Shown piece by piece: positions 1 to 9,547 of a DNA stretch of 55,366 bases (its first letter is position 1; every line of letters begins with the position of its first letter). This DNA comes from Candidatus Bathyarchaeota archaeon. Lineage in GTDB: Archaea > Thermoproteota > Bathyarchaeia > TCS64. A model generated the notes under the pieces. It was not told the origin of the DNA, made no database searches, and saw nothing but the letters and a program-made list of their open reading frames with translations. The stretch is from positions 1,051,947 to 1,107,312 of the forward strand of contig CP070784.1 of assembly GCA_020346605.1 (NCBI GenBank). The letters run 5' to 3'. The translations under genes and the position numbers were made by a program.

Positions 1-77
1 CGCGCGCGTTTCCAAAATTAAGATTTAGTCCACAACAACCGTTTTACAGGTTATTTATATAACGAATTAACTTCTAA

Positions 78-794
78 ATGCGCAAGAAGCGAAAAACCAT
101 GAGAAAAGGGGTTAAAGAGCAAATTCAACCCATGCCGTTTTGGCAGTCTCTGATCTTCTTCGGGATACCGGCACTGGTAGCAGCAGTATGCCAATATGTG
201 CTCTGGCCGTTCTTCATGAGTGTCGGCATAACCGAGGAAACAGCGTATCATTACCAGGCTTTGATAGTTTTCACGTTATTATTGAGTGCAGCTCTCGTGG
301 CTAACGTGATCGAAGGGAATTCTCTCGATTGGTCATCATTTAGACGTCGTTTACGTCTCTTTGGATTAGATAGAAGAGGATGGAAGTGGACGTTTGGGGG
401 CCTTATTACACAGATCCTTCTATCTCTAGCAGCTACAGTTCTCGCGAGCCAAGTCTATAACATTCTGAAATTTACGCCTCCAGACATATCGCCATCTGGT
501 CCGATGCTAAACCTACCCTTGATGGCGTTCGTTCTGTTTATGAATAGCATGAGTGAGGAGCTGTGGTGGCGGGGATACATCCTTCCTCGGCAGGAGAAAC
601 AACACGGGCGATATGCTTGGGCCATTCACGGTGTGTTATGGGCCTTCTTCCATGCATTCAAGTGGTGGGCTGTTCCGTTCATGCTGTTTACCACCTGGAT
701 CATCCCATTCATTACTCAGCGAATGGGGAACACCACGCCTGGAGTTATCATCCATCTAGTTATCAACGGCCTGGGGATTCTTCTCATGGTTTAG
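78..794 (+). CDS. CPBP family (CAAX protease/Abi) intramembrane metalloprotease
   Basis: Multi-TM ORF with the SEELWWRG (EExxxR), FHAF and HxxxN motifs; visibly AT-richer codon usage than its neighbours; the start could be at 99. Confidence 0.85.
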   Translation: MRKKRKTMRKGVKEQIQPMPFWQSLIFFGIPALVAAVCQYVLWPFFMSVGITEETAYHYQALIVFTLLLSAALVANVIEGNSLDWSSFRRRLRLFGLDRRGWKWTFGGLITQILLSLAATVLASQVYNILKFTPPDISPSGPMLNLPLMAFVLFMNSMSEELWWRGYILPRQEKQHGRYAWAIHGVLWAFFHAFKWWAVPFMLFTTWIIPFITQRMGNTTPGVIIHLVINGLGILLMV

Positions 795-1038
795 ACTTTC
801 CTACAGTTTGGGTTTGGGTGTGTGGGGGGATAAAATTTAATCCCCAAAACTCAACTCGGGAAATTAGGTTTGAATTACGCATAGTAGTATCAAGTCGCGC
901 GCTTGTTCATTGCTGACAAAATCTTTGGAAAATTATAGAAGTAAAAGTTTTGTGTATGGGAGCACATTTTTATTCCAGACTTATAGCTAATTATTCCATA
1001 ACCTGAGCAGCTGATGGTAGCAATGTTCGCTGATTGAG

Positions 1039-2274
1039 ATGGCTGAAAACCCTGCGGGTAGATGGGACTTTCTGAAGGGTAACATCGGCGTCATGATTCT
1101 TAGCTCAGGTCTGTGGGACATCGCATTCGCCATGACATGGCCCTTCTACGCGCTCTACGTCCTAGAGCTGGGGGGGAGCTACATGGACATAGGCCTCATC
1201 TCCGCCCTGGGGGCGGTGGCAAAGATAGCCCCAACACTGTTCGGGGGCTACCTAACCGACGCCCTGGGGCGGAAGAGGATACTCTACACGCTGAGCTTCC
1301 TCTTGGCCGTCAACGAGTTGATCTACGCCTACGCCCCGGACTACAGGTACATCTACGTCGGTGCGGTCGTCGGCTCTCTCCTCCACGGGTTCAGGGAGCC
1401 AGCGTTCCAGTCAATCATCTTCGATTCCACGAAGCCGGAGAGTCGCGCCCTCTCCGTCGCCACGCTGCAGGTGACCTCCTCACTCTTCGGACTCCTTTCC
1501 CCCTACGCCGTGGGCCTGCTGATAGACGACAGGGGTATCCTGCCGGCCATGCGGTTCGCCTACGTCTTCACCTTCGCGATGGCCACTGTTGCCTCCCTCA
1601 TGAGGTACAGGTTCATCGAGGAGACCCTGGAGAACGGGCGGAGTGTGGAGAAAGACCCGAGGGCAGCGGTGAGGGAGATCCTCTCCGACTTCGTGGCGAC
1701 CTTCAGGGAGCTGCCAGTCCAGCTATGGACCTTCCTACTGATCGACTTCGTCATCACCTTCGCCTGGGCCGTTGGCGAACCCTACTTCGTCACATACGCC
1801 AAGGAGGTGGTGGGCCTCTCGGCGGCCCAATGGGGGCTCGCCACGATGCTCACCATGGCGCTCCCGATAGTCCTCAAGCTGCCACTTGCCAGGGCCTCTG
1901 ACCGCCACGGCAGGATCATGTTCATACTGCCCTGCATGTTCCTCTGGCCCATCGGCTTCCTGCTGTTCGCCTACAGCTGGGGATTCCAGGCCATCCTCGC
2001 CGCCAGGCTGCTGCTGACACTCGCAAGCAGCATCGGAGACCCTGCGTGGGAGGCGATGTTCTACGACTACTCGCCGAAGGAGTACCGCGGAAGGTTCGCA
2101 GCAATCGCCAGCGTCTCCTGGTCTCTGATCTGGGGGGCAGGGAACATCGTCGGCGGGGCGATCTACGGGGGGCACTCAAAGGCGCTCATCTTCTACATCA
2201 GCGCGGGGCTGCTGCTGTTGGGCGCGCTCGCCGCCTTCCTCAAGGTGAAGGAGCCTGAGAGACGCGCCGACTAA
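1039..2274 (+). CDS. MFS transporter
   Basis: 411 aa, about 12 TM segments, GYLTDALGRKR and ASDRHGR MFS motif-A loops. Confidence 0.9.
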   Translation: MAENPAGRWDFLKGNIGVMILSSGLWDIAFAMTWPFYALYVLELGGSYMDIGLISALGAVAKIAPTLFGGYLTDALGRKRILYTLSFLLAVNELIYAYAPDYRYIYVGAVVGSLLHGFREPAFQSIIFDSTKPESRALSVATLQVTSSLFGLLSPYAVGLLIDDRGILPAMRFAYVFTFAMATVASLMRYRFIEETLENGRSVEKDPRAAVREILSDFVATFRELPVQLWTFLLIDFVITFAWAVGEPYFVTYAKEVVGLSAAQWGLATMLTMALPIVLKLPLARASDRHGRIMFILPCMFLWPIGFLLFAYSWGFQAILAARLLLTLASSIGDPAWEAMFYDYSPKEYRGRFAAIASVSWSLIWGAGNIVGGAIYGGHSKALIFYISAGLLLLGALAAFLKVKEPERRAD

Positions 2275-2337
2275 GCAGCTCGCTACAGCCCTCACGAGGA
2301 AAACGACAATAGGTAGAACTCCAACTAAGACTCAGTT

Positions 2338-3582
2338 ATGAGGTTTGCCGTCCTCGCCGACGCCCACATCGGCCGCAGCATCCCCCTTGCCATAGCCGAG
2401 CACAGGCGCCGAGCCTTCTCCACCGCCTTCACCAAAGCGGTGGATGCCATCGTGGAAGCCGGTGTCGACTACGTCTTCATCTGCGGAGACCTCTTCGAGC
2501 GCCGCACCCTCCGCCCCTACCTCGTCCAGTTCACCCACGACGAGCTCTACAGGCTGTCGACGGAGACCGAGGAGAGGCACGGCAAGCCTACGAAGATCCT
2601 AATCATCCGGGGCAACCACGACGGCCGCTCCCAGTCCGATACCCTGGACTACATCAAGCACCCGCTGGCCGACTACCTCCACGTCTTCGAGGACGATAAC
2701 ATCACCTACAAGGACGAGAACCTCCACGTTGTAGGCCTCAACTACTACGACCAGGTCGACAGGGCCTTCGACCAGCTCGTCGTCCCCGCCTTCCAGGGGG
2801 CCGAAGGCACCAGGATACTTATGCTCCACGGCTTCGTCCAGGGCTACAACCAGGTCCCCCCCTACGAGAGCAGCGTCACACTGGACCAGCTAGCCTCCGT
2901 GGAGCCCGCCTTCGTTTTCACTGGCCACTACCACAGGCGCTGCCCCAGGAGGAGGTTGCCCAACGGCGGCTGGGCCCTCACTCCGGGCAGCCTGGAGATG
3001 TACGACTTCGCCGAGACCCCGGAGAAGGGCTTCTACATCGTGGACGCCAACGGCGAGGAGCCCCAGTTCACCTGGGTCCCCATCGAGCCCATGCACGCCA
3101 TGAAGCAGGTCAGAGTTGTGTCGGACCACAGCCGGGAGCCCCAATGGTACAGGGACAGGGTGGTGGAGAAGGTCGAGGCCTTCAGGGAAGAGCTCGTCGG
3201 GGCCGGGAAGGAGGGATACATCAGGGTACGGGTGCAGGGCGGCCTCAGGAACGGATACCCCGGTGACATCGACCTGTCCCCCGTCGATGAGATGGTCTCC
3301 TCAGACCCGCTCCTCCTCTGGGTTGACGTGGACACCCTCGGGATCGAGATGCCCCTGCTGGCCGGGGTCCCCGAGAGGGAGCTTGTGGACGTCAGGGCAT
3401 TCTTCTCCGCAATGGGGGAGTTCGCCGACGACATAGGGGAGATGCACGGCAGGATCCGTGAGACCCTGGAGGAGGAGGCGAGCCTGCAGACGGGGCTGCT
3501 CACACCCAGCCAGAGGATCCCCTTGGTCAAGGAGTGGGTTGAGCGCTTCGAGAAGCGGAGCTTCGGGGAGGACGAGCCATGA
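2338..3582 (+). CDS. mre11: Mre11/SbcD-family DNA repair nuclease
   Basis: Calcineurin-like phosphoesterase motifs DAH, GD, GNHD, LHG and GHYH; overlaps (ATGA) a Rad50-like gene. Confidence 0.88.
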   Translation: MRFAVLADAHIGRSIPLAIAEHRRRAFSTAFTKAVDAIVEAGVDYVFICGDLFERRTLRPYLVQFTHDELYRLSTETEERHGKPTKILIIRGNHDGRSQSDTLDYIKHPLADYLHVFEDDNITYKDENLHVVGLNYYDQVDRAFDQLVVPAFQGAEGTRILMLHGFVQGYNQVPPYESSVTLDQLASVEPAFVFTGHYHRRCPRRRLPNGGWALTPGSLEMYDFAETPEKGFYIVDANGEEPQFTWVPIEPMHAMKQVRVVSDHSREPQWYRDRVVEKVEAFREELVGAGKEGYIRVRVQGGLRNGYPGDIDLSPVDEMVSSDPLLLWVDVDTLGIEMPLLAGVPERELVDVRAFFSAMGEFADDIGEMHGRIRETLEEEASLQTGLLTPSQRIPLVKEWVERFEKRSFGEDEP

Positions 3583-5624
3583 TAGAGGAGCTCACCCTCC
3601 GGGGCTTCAAGTCCTACAGGAGCCGCCAGACCGTCAGGTTCACCCGGGGGGTCAACAAGATCTCGGGCCGAAACGCCTCTGGGAAGACCACCCTCCTCCA
3701 AGCGGTGCTCTTCGGCCTCTTCGGAGACGTCCCGGGCGTCAACAAGCAGGACCTGATCCCCCTCAACGGGGCAGACGTCGACGTCACCCTCGCCCTCCGC
3801 AGCCCCCTCAACGGGAAGAGGATCACCATCCACAGGGAGGGCGGCCAGACAAGGGATGGCGGGTTCCGCTCCTCCAAGAGCCTGCTCAAGGTCGAGGGGG
3901 AGGACGCCACGTACGCTCGTGAGCGGGAGATCCAGACCAAGCTAAGGGAGCTCATCGGCGTCGGCAGGAGCACCTTCTTCAACGTCGTCTACGCGCAGCA
4001 GAAGGAGTTCATTGAGATTCTCAAGCCCGATCGCCGGCGCATGGACGCTATACTGGGGCTCACCACTCCCGCCGAGATCAGGGAGCAGTTCCGAGAGGTG
4101 AGCAGGATGCTCAGGGATCGGGGGCGCATCGAGAAGCGCGGAGCCCTAGAGGAGAGGGTCAGGAACGCGGAGCAGGGAATCTCAGACCTGGATGGCCAGC
4201 TGGTGGAGGTCACCGAGCGCAGGCGCGATCTATCCGAGGGCCTCAACCAGATGAAGGTCCGACTCACCCTTGCCAACGGCCGGGTCGAGACCATGGACGG
4301 CATCCTCGCCGAGCTTAGGCGGGTGGAGATGTCACAGGCCGACTTGGAGCGCCTGCAGGAGCAGAGGGAGGACGTAGCCCGGGACCTGGAGGACATCTAC
4401 GTGGAGATGGGGGAGGATCCCGAGAAGACGCGCAGGGAGCTCCAGGAGCGGAGGAGCTCTGCGGAGACCACAGAGGAGGAGCTACGGCGCCTGCTCGACG
4501 GGAGGCTCGCCAGGGACAGGGCCGAAACAGTGGGCGCCGTCTCCCGATTGGAGCACCAAATCGGCGAGCACGTGGAGCTGAGGGAGCAGGGGGTCACCGT
4601 CTGCCCCAAGTGCGGCCAGGAGGTCAACTTCGACCTCTTGGAGAAGGACGTGAAGCAGTGGCAGGCTGAGCTCGAGCAGGAACGAGGCCGACTGAAGGCG
4701 CTGGAAAGGGAGATAAGCATGGTCCAGGAGCAGGCCAAGGCAGCCAGCCGCAGGTTCAGGGATGCCGACAGGGCAGTGATCAACTTCGTCAACCAGGAGA
4801 GGAGGATCAACGAGCTCAAGAAAACCATGCAGGACCTAGAGGCCAGGGGGGCCGACCTCCACGCCAGGATCGGCCGTGAGACCGAGGAGTTGCTGCTGAA
4901 GGCGGAGATGGAGCTCGCAACGGCCTTCGCCTCCCTCGAGGACGCCCAGGAGAAGATCGGCGAACAGCTCGACGGATCCCGCAGGGAGCAGAGGGAGCTC
5001 CAGGCCGAGGTCCGCTCGAGGGAGGACCGGCTCAAGGACGCTGACAGGGAAGAGGAGAGGATCCAGGGGCAGCAGGAGGGCCACCGTAAGGTCTTGGAGG
5101 AGTCGCTGGGGCTCCTAGACGGAATACGGGAGTACGAGGCCAAGATAAGGGCCGTCGACTCAATCCAGAGGCGCTACGGCGAGTACGAGCAGCAGTTGAG
5201 GGAGAACACGCTGAAGCTCCTGGAGTACCAGACCTATAACTACTTCCGCCGCCTCACAGACCAGCAGTCATACGCAGGGTGCCATATCGACAGGGAGCGC
5301 TACACGCTGGAGGTCCAGCCCCTCGGCGGAAACAGGATGATGCCCGCCTGGTTGGCAGGGGGAGGGCACGAGAGCCTTTTTGCCCTCGCGGAGCGCCTCG
5401 CCCTCCTCAGGGTAATGGGCTTTCCACACCTGTTGATTTTAGACGAGCCGACGGACGCTGTGGATTCGGAGAACGTCCCCCAGCTCCTGGAGTACGTAGC
5501 CCGGAGCAGCAGGGAGATCGGGCAGGTGTTGTTGGTGACCCACCACGGCCACGGCGAAGAGGAGGGCGTAAACTTGATAAGGGTGAGAAAGGTTGGCGAG
5601 GAGTCCAGAGTCTACCAAGAATAG
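3579..5624 (+). CDS. rad50: Rad50/SbcC-family SMC ATPase
   Basis: Walker A GRNASGKT, Q-loop YAQQ, coiled coils with a central CPKC zinc hook, Walker B LLILDEPT and H-loop VTHH. Confidence 0.88.
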   Translation: MIEELTLRGFKSYRSRQTVRFTRGVNKISGRNASGKTTLLQAVLFGLFGDVPGVNKQDLIPLNGADVDVTLALRSPLNGKRITIHREGGQTRDGGFRSSKSLLKVEGEDATYAREREIQTKLRELIGVGRSTFFNVVYAQQKEFIEILKPDRRRMDAILGLTTPAEIREQFREVSRMLRDRGRIEKRGALEERVRNAEQGISDLDGQLVEVTERRRDLSEGLNQMKVRLTLANGRVETMDGILAELRRVEMSQADLERLQEQREDVARDLEDIYVEMGEDPEKTRRELQERRSSAETTEEELRRLLDGRLARDRAETVGAVSRLEHQIGEHVELREQGVTVCPKCGQEVNFDLLEKDVKQWQAELEQERGRLKALEREISMVQEQAKAASRRFRDADRAVINFVNQERRINELKKTMQDLEARGADLHARIGRETEELLLKAEMELATAFASLEDAQEKIGEQLDGSRREQRELQAEVRSREDRLKDADREEERIQGQQEGHRKVLEESLGLLDGIREYEAKIRAVDSIQRRYGEYEQQLRENTLKLLEYQTYNYFRRLTDQQSYAGCHIDRERYTLEVQPLGGNRMMPAWLAGGGHESLFALAERLALLRVMGFPHLLILDEPTDAVDSENVPQLLEYVARSSREIGQVLLVTHHGHGEEEGVNLIRVRKVGEESRVYQE

Positions 5625-5652
5625 TACAAGGAACTTAAATGATCTCTTAAAA

Positions 5653-5773
5653 CTATCTGTTAGGGTTGGTGAGTGATATAATGGTCTTGGTGTTGGACAC
5701 TTCCTCGACGTCGTTGCGCGCGCATGTCCTTCATGCTATCAGGGGTCTCGGTGACCACCTTCAGCAGCGTATC
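5653..5773 (-). pseudogene. C-terminal remnant of an Lrp/AsnC ligand-binding domain gene
   Basis: Minus strand reads DTLLKVVTETPDSMKD, then after a GCGCGCGC tract (frame change) NDVEEVSNTKTIISLTNPNR*; matches the AsnC pattern D-x-LLKV...V-x-x-T-x-T-x-I-x-L; host-like codon usage. Confidence 0.7.
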
Positions 5774-5817
5774 GCGCGCGTACGCATTACAAATATATTT
5801 TGATGAAAAACTGTGAG

Positions 5818-6393
5818 TCATGATCGAATTGGATAAACTGTGCAATTTGAGCAGAACCAAGGAGAAGCCGAGAATACCCATTTCTCGGTCATCACGCCTT
5901 TAGAAGATATTTTTTTCTTTACATAAAGATAATTCATATCCAGATCGTCAACTATCTTGAAGAAGCCTGGCTTTTCCTTCCAGGTCCAATAGATGCAATG
6001 ACCTTCTCTATCCCTGTGGTGGCAGCTCGTCATCATGGTGCTACCTCTATTAATTGAGAGCGAATAATCCAGTTGTGTCATCAGTTCATTTCTCTTCCTC
6101 AGCCACTCCTCGGAATGCCTCGTGCGCGTGACCTCATCATATTCACGTACTGTCAACGAATTCTTCTCGGTCTTCGCCTGCTCCCGTAGGTTTGTGATCA
6201 GCTTCCAGAGTTCAGGGTCATATGGACCGACTCCTCGCTCCGTCTGCCCCTTTCTGCGGGTAATGTATCTGTGACCTTTTACAGTTTTAGCCCTGAAATT
6301 CCACCCATCCGATATGAGTCCCCGAATCTCATCCTCATCAATTTTCATAACCATGGGAAACTCAACCCACGTTGGAATGATGAAATTTCCCAT
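5818..6393 (-). CDS. Hypothetical mobile-element protein with a possible small N-terminal DNA-binding domain
   Basis: KTVKGHRYITRRKG..ERGVGPY resembles SSV1 D-335/integrase-N-type DNA-binding domains; C-terminal Cys cluster; the real start may be 6348 (MKIDE). Confidence 0.55.
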   Translation of the reverse strand: MGNFIIPTWVEFPMVMKIDEDEIRGLISDGWNFRAKTVKGHRYITRRKGQTERGVGPYDPELWKLITNLREQAKTEKNSLTVREYDEVTRTRHSEEWLRKRNELMTQLDYSLSINRGSTMMTSCHHRDREGHCIYWTWKEKPGFFKIVDDLDMNYLYVKKKISSKGVMTEKWVFSASPWFCSNCTVYPIRS

Positions 6394-6625
6394 ATTAATG
6401 TGTTTCCCATCGGTTTACCATGAAGGGGCTGCTTACTTTCGGTGTGACCTTCTCCCCTACCTGGTTATGCCGGTTTACCCTGTTTACCACCGAATATTTG
6501 AGGGGTAGGCTAGCCTACTTCCCATCAGAAGCTCTTGTATACGTTTGCATCAATACCTTCATCGTAGCCCTCATCTGTACCCAGTGTCCTTTACTACGGG
6601 GTTTGAGTCGACATGGTTTACCATG
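6351..6625. repeat. Iteron-like short repeats GGTTTACC(A) and TTTCCCAT
   Basis: GGTTTACCATG at 6412, GGTTTACCC at 6472, GTTTACCAC at 6482, palindromic CATGGTTTACCATG at 6612-6625; TTTCCCAT at 6386 and 6403, TTCCCAT at 6519, and an inverted copy in 6351-6360. Confidence 0.55.
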
Positions 6626-6699
6626 TAAGACCCGAGTATGGGCGCGCGCCGTTTAGAACTCGCGAGCACGCTTAAAAGAGGTGGGCTTTTTCGCTCACG

Positions 6700-7482
6700 G
6701 TGGTTAAACAAACGGAAATAAAGCTCGACGTCCTAATTTCTATGGGGGACTGGATGAGTCATCTACGATGCCCTCTCTGTGGCTTGAACGCCGCTGTTTC
6801 TAGGTTTGACCCTTCCGGACTCGATTTAGACTTGAGGGCGACGAGTTTCAGAGGGCTTGGCTATGGAAGAGGCTTCGCGCCAGTGGAGGAGCACTCGGTT
6901 CTGGGGGATGACGAATTTTCACCGCTGGTTGCAGAACGCGTCTTATCGCTCTGTATGATGTTCCTAGATGCGGGGGTTATCAACTCTGAGTACACGATAG
7001 ATAAGCTCGGACTGAAACCAAAATCATCAATGTCCATCGAGTCTCCTACGCGCCCTGAAATCCGAACCGTGCTTTTACCCTCAGAACTGAATAGTGTTGA
7101 ACTCACTCGTGCACGTGAAACCATAAAAGAGCAAGAAAAAGAGTTAGAGCGTGAGAGAATGATAGACAGAGAGCTGCTAAGATTCATCAGAGATTATCCG
7201 TATGTAGAAATAAATGAGGAGGAAGTACCATGGACAATAGATATAACCGATGTTGACACCGAAAGCCTTCAAACACTAATTTTACTTTACGGGTATTTAG
7301 ATATTGACACACAGAAACACCTCCTAAAAAGACTGAAGACCGAACACCCCTTAGTTGAATATTTTTTAGAACTATTTATGGTAAAACCTAAAAAAACAAT
7401 AGCCCAAAGGATAATGGAATTCGATGCAAACAAGGTTAGAACCAATATTAAAAGCGGTTTACAGGAACGCTGGTTCGAGTAA
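6700..7482 (+). CDS. Hypothetical protein with N-terminal CPLC motif and GLGxGRGF motif
   Basis: 260-aa ORF, AT-rich; likely start 6739 or 6751. Confidence 0.65.
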   Translation: MVKQTEIKLDVLISMGDWMSHLRCPLCGLNAAVSRFDPSGLDLDLRATSFRGLGYGRGFAPVEEHSVLGDDEFSPLVAERVLSLCMMFLDAGVINSEYTIDKLGLKPKSSMSIESPTRPEIRTVLLPSELNSVELTRARETIKEQEKELERERMIDRELLRFIRDYPYVEINEEEVPWTIDITDVDTESLQTLILLYGYLDIDTQKHLLKRLKTEHPLVEYFLELFMVKPKKTIAQRIMEFDANKVRTNIKSGLQERWFE

Positions 7483-7597
7483 ATTTGACAAATAAAATAA
7501 CTGGTGTGTGCACAATAAAATCACGTGTGAGTGCACACTCATGTATAATGTTGCGCGTAGCTGATCTAGTGTGCTAGGATCAAAGTTCGCAATAAAA

Positions 7598-7918
7598 TTA
7601 GGAGGTGAGGGATTCACTAACTTCCTTGATCAGCGGTATGCTCAGCTCCGCCGATGAGACCCCTGTGTTGAACGCCATCAGCGCAGCCGCCTGGATCTGC
7701 TCCTTGGACGCGCCGGCGTCGAACGCGAGCCTGGTGAAGTGCCTCAGCGCCACCGGGTCCCTCGTGGTCGAGTAGATGCCGACCAGTATCAGGTTCCTCG
7801 TCTTCTCGTCGAGCACTCCGTCCTTGTTTATCGCCGCGGAGAGCTTTATGTAGGCCTCCGCCGCCTCGGGGGTCTCCTCGTTGAAGATCTCCCAGACACT
7901 CTTGCTCAATTCTACCAC
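7598..7918 (-). CDS. Carboxymuconolactone decarboxylase/AhpD family protein
   Basis: GVLDEKTRNLILVG...H..LAFDAGASKEQI pattern; TATA-like TTTATA upstream; lacks CxxC. Confidence 0.85.
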   Translation of the reverse strand: MVELSKSVWEIFNEETPEAAEAYIKLSAAINKDGVLDEKTRNLILVGIYSTTRDPVALRHFTRLAFDAGASKEQIQAAALMAFNTGVSSAELSIPLIKEVSESLTS

Positions 7919-7996
7919 CGCATAAAGGAGCGTCCAGGGAAGTATAAACGTGCGCGCATGTCAGGTCATTTTTGGCGCGAAGAGGGGCTCAGGTGG

Positions 7997-9391
7997 TCAC
8001 TTCTTTCTCAGGAAGAAGAACGCCGCCGCCCCGACAACAGCCAGACCCACGACGGCTGCGATCATCACTATGCTGCCTGACCCTGGCTCAGACGACGTTA
8101 CGTCGAGGCTCACTTGGTCCAGGCTCTCGGCGTTGTCGAACTCCCACACTACCCTGTCGGCCTCCTCAGAGACTGGGTTGCTCCCCGCCGGGGAGGATAT
8201 GACTACGCTCTCGCCGCCGATGGAACCCCCCTCCAGGATGAGCATGAAGTCCTCCGGGGGGCTCTCCTCCGTTAGGTACTGGAGGAACTCCGTGAATGCG
8301 TTGAGGGAGGGGGGCACCATCCCCAGATCCCTCAGATCGAAGCCCGAGTTCACCGTGCCGTCTGTCGCCTCGTAGTCGGCCTCGAAGTGCAGGTCCCTGA
8401 CGCTGAAGACGGTGGGCCAGAGGAACTCGTTTATCATGGCGACGTCCTCGTCGTCCAGTGAGCCCTCCTGGAGCACCTCGGTGAGCATAGACTCCTTGAG
8501 CACGTTGAGCTGCTCGTCGACGTCGCCCACGACCGTCGCCTCGGAGCTCGCCTCGAAGGTGAAGCTATCCTTGACGTAGACCAGGCTCGAGGAGTAGGAC
8601 TCCACCTCGACGACGGAGATCTCCCCGAAGTCGTATCCCTCCTCGGTGTACACGAGGCCCATGTTGTCCATGGCTGCCCTGATCCCCTTCTGGAAGTCCC
8701 CTCCTATACTCGCCTCGATCGCGAAGGTGGTGGAGACGGGGCCCATCTCGCTGCTGACGAGCTCCAGCCTGCTTAAGCTCAGCTCCCCGTCAGAGTTCTC
8801 GGCTACCTGTGAGGCCAGCATAGTCTCCATCAGCGGGAACATCATGAGCATCTGCTCGATCTCCTCCTGGGGATAGATGACATAGTACAGTGTGGCGCTC
8901 ACGGAGAGGTCTATCGTGCCGGTGAAGGGCGGCTCGACGAGGTTGGACTCCAGGGTTCCGTCGAGGGCGATGTACCCGGGGTAGTCGACATGGATGTAGA
9001 CAACCTGGCTGGTGCTGTCTCCCTGACTCTCCACCTCCAGCTCAAGGTTCGCCAGCTCTGAGGCCTCTTCCGGTCTCATCTCCAAGGAGAGGTCGAAGGA
9101 GATGTCTGTTCTTCCCTCGGTGGCGGTCTCAAGGTCCAGCAACATCTGGTAGTTACGGACCAGGTCGCTGAACCCCCATTGATAGCGTTCTTGGGTGAAG
9201 CTGCCCTGGGCCCGTATCACGATGCTCTCGTCGGGCAGGATCTGGAATGTAATGTGATTGTCGTACTGGGAGTCCGCGGCCGATGCAAGCCCTAGCGGGT
9301 TCAGTCCGGCCGCCAACACCGCCGCCAACGTCAGTGGCACTAAAAATGCTTTCACTCTCTTGAACATCCCCAAATTTCTCCGGTTAGACAT
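7997..9391 (-). CDS. Secreted, C-terminally membrane-anchored acidic protein
   Basis: N-terminal signal peptide, acidic body, C-terminal TM helix followed by RKK. Confidence 0.8.
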   Translation of the reverse strand: MSNRRNLGMFKRVKAFLVPLTLAAVLAAGLNPLGLASAADSQYDNHITFQILPDESIVIRAQGSFTQERYQWGFSDLVRNYQMLLDLETATEGRTDISFDLSLEMRPEEASELANLELEVESQGDSTSQVVYIHVDYPGYIALDGTLESNLVEPPFTGTIDLSVSATLYYVIYPQEEIEQMLMMFPLMETMLASQVAENSDGELSLSRLELVSSEMGPVSTTFAIEASIGGDFQKGIRAAMDNMGLVYTEEGYDFGEISVVEVESYSSSLVYVKDSFTFEASSEATVVGDVDEQLNVLKESMLTEVLQEGSLDDEDVAMINEFLWPTVFSVRDLHFEADYEATDGTVNSGFDLRDLGMVPPSLNAFTEFLQYLTEESPPEDFMLILEGGSIGGESVVISSPAGSNPVSEEADRVVWEFDNAESLDQVSLDVTSSEPGSGSIVMIAAVVGLAVVGAAAFFFLRKK

Positions 9392-9547
9392 GGTTGTAAT
9401 GTACCTACTGGAAGATATTAACGTACTTATCCGACTGGCCGAGCAGAGAAACAGGAATACGGGTTAAACTTTTCCCTCAATGGCGTACGCTCGCTAATAC
9501 TCTTATATCTTCATTCATATGTCTGTTTTTCACAGGAGACGACCGTC

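Larger units (their letters stand above)
5781..7557. mobile_element. AT-richer island, probable remnant of an integrated plasmid or virus
   Basis: Lower GC than the flanks, two divergent orphan ORFs, iteron-like repeats between them, bounded by GC tracts; no integrase seen. Confidence 0.5.

Noticed and set aside
7505-7545. TGTGCACA and TGAGTG-CA-CACTCA palindromes
   Set aside because: Short and single; could be operator sites or part of the alternating R/Y island border, but there is no independent support.
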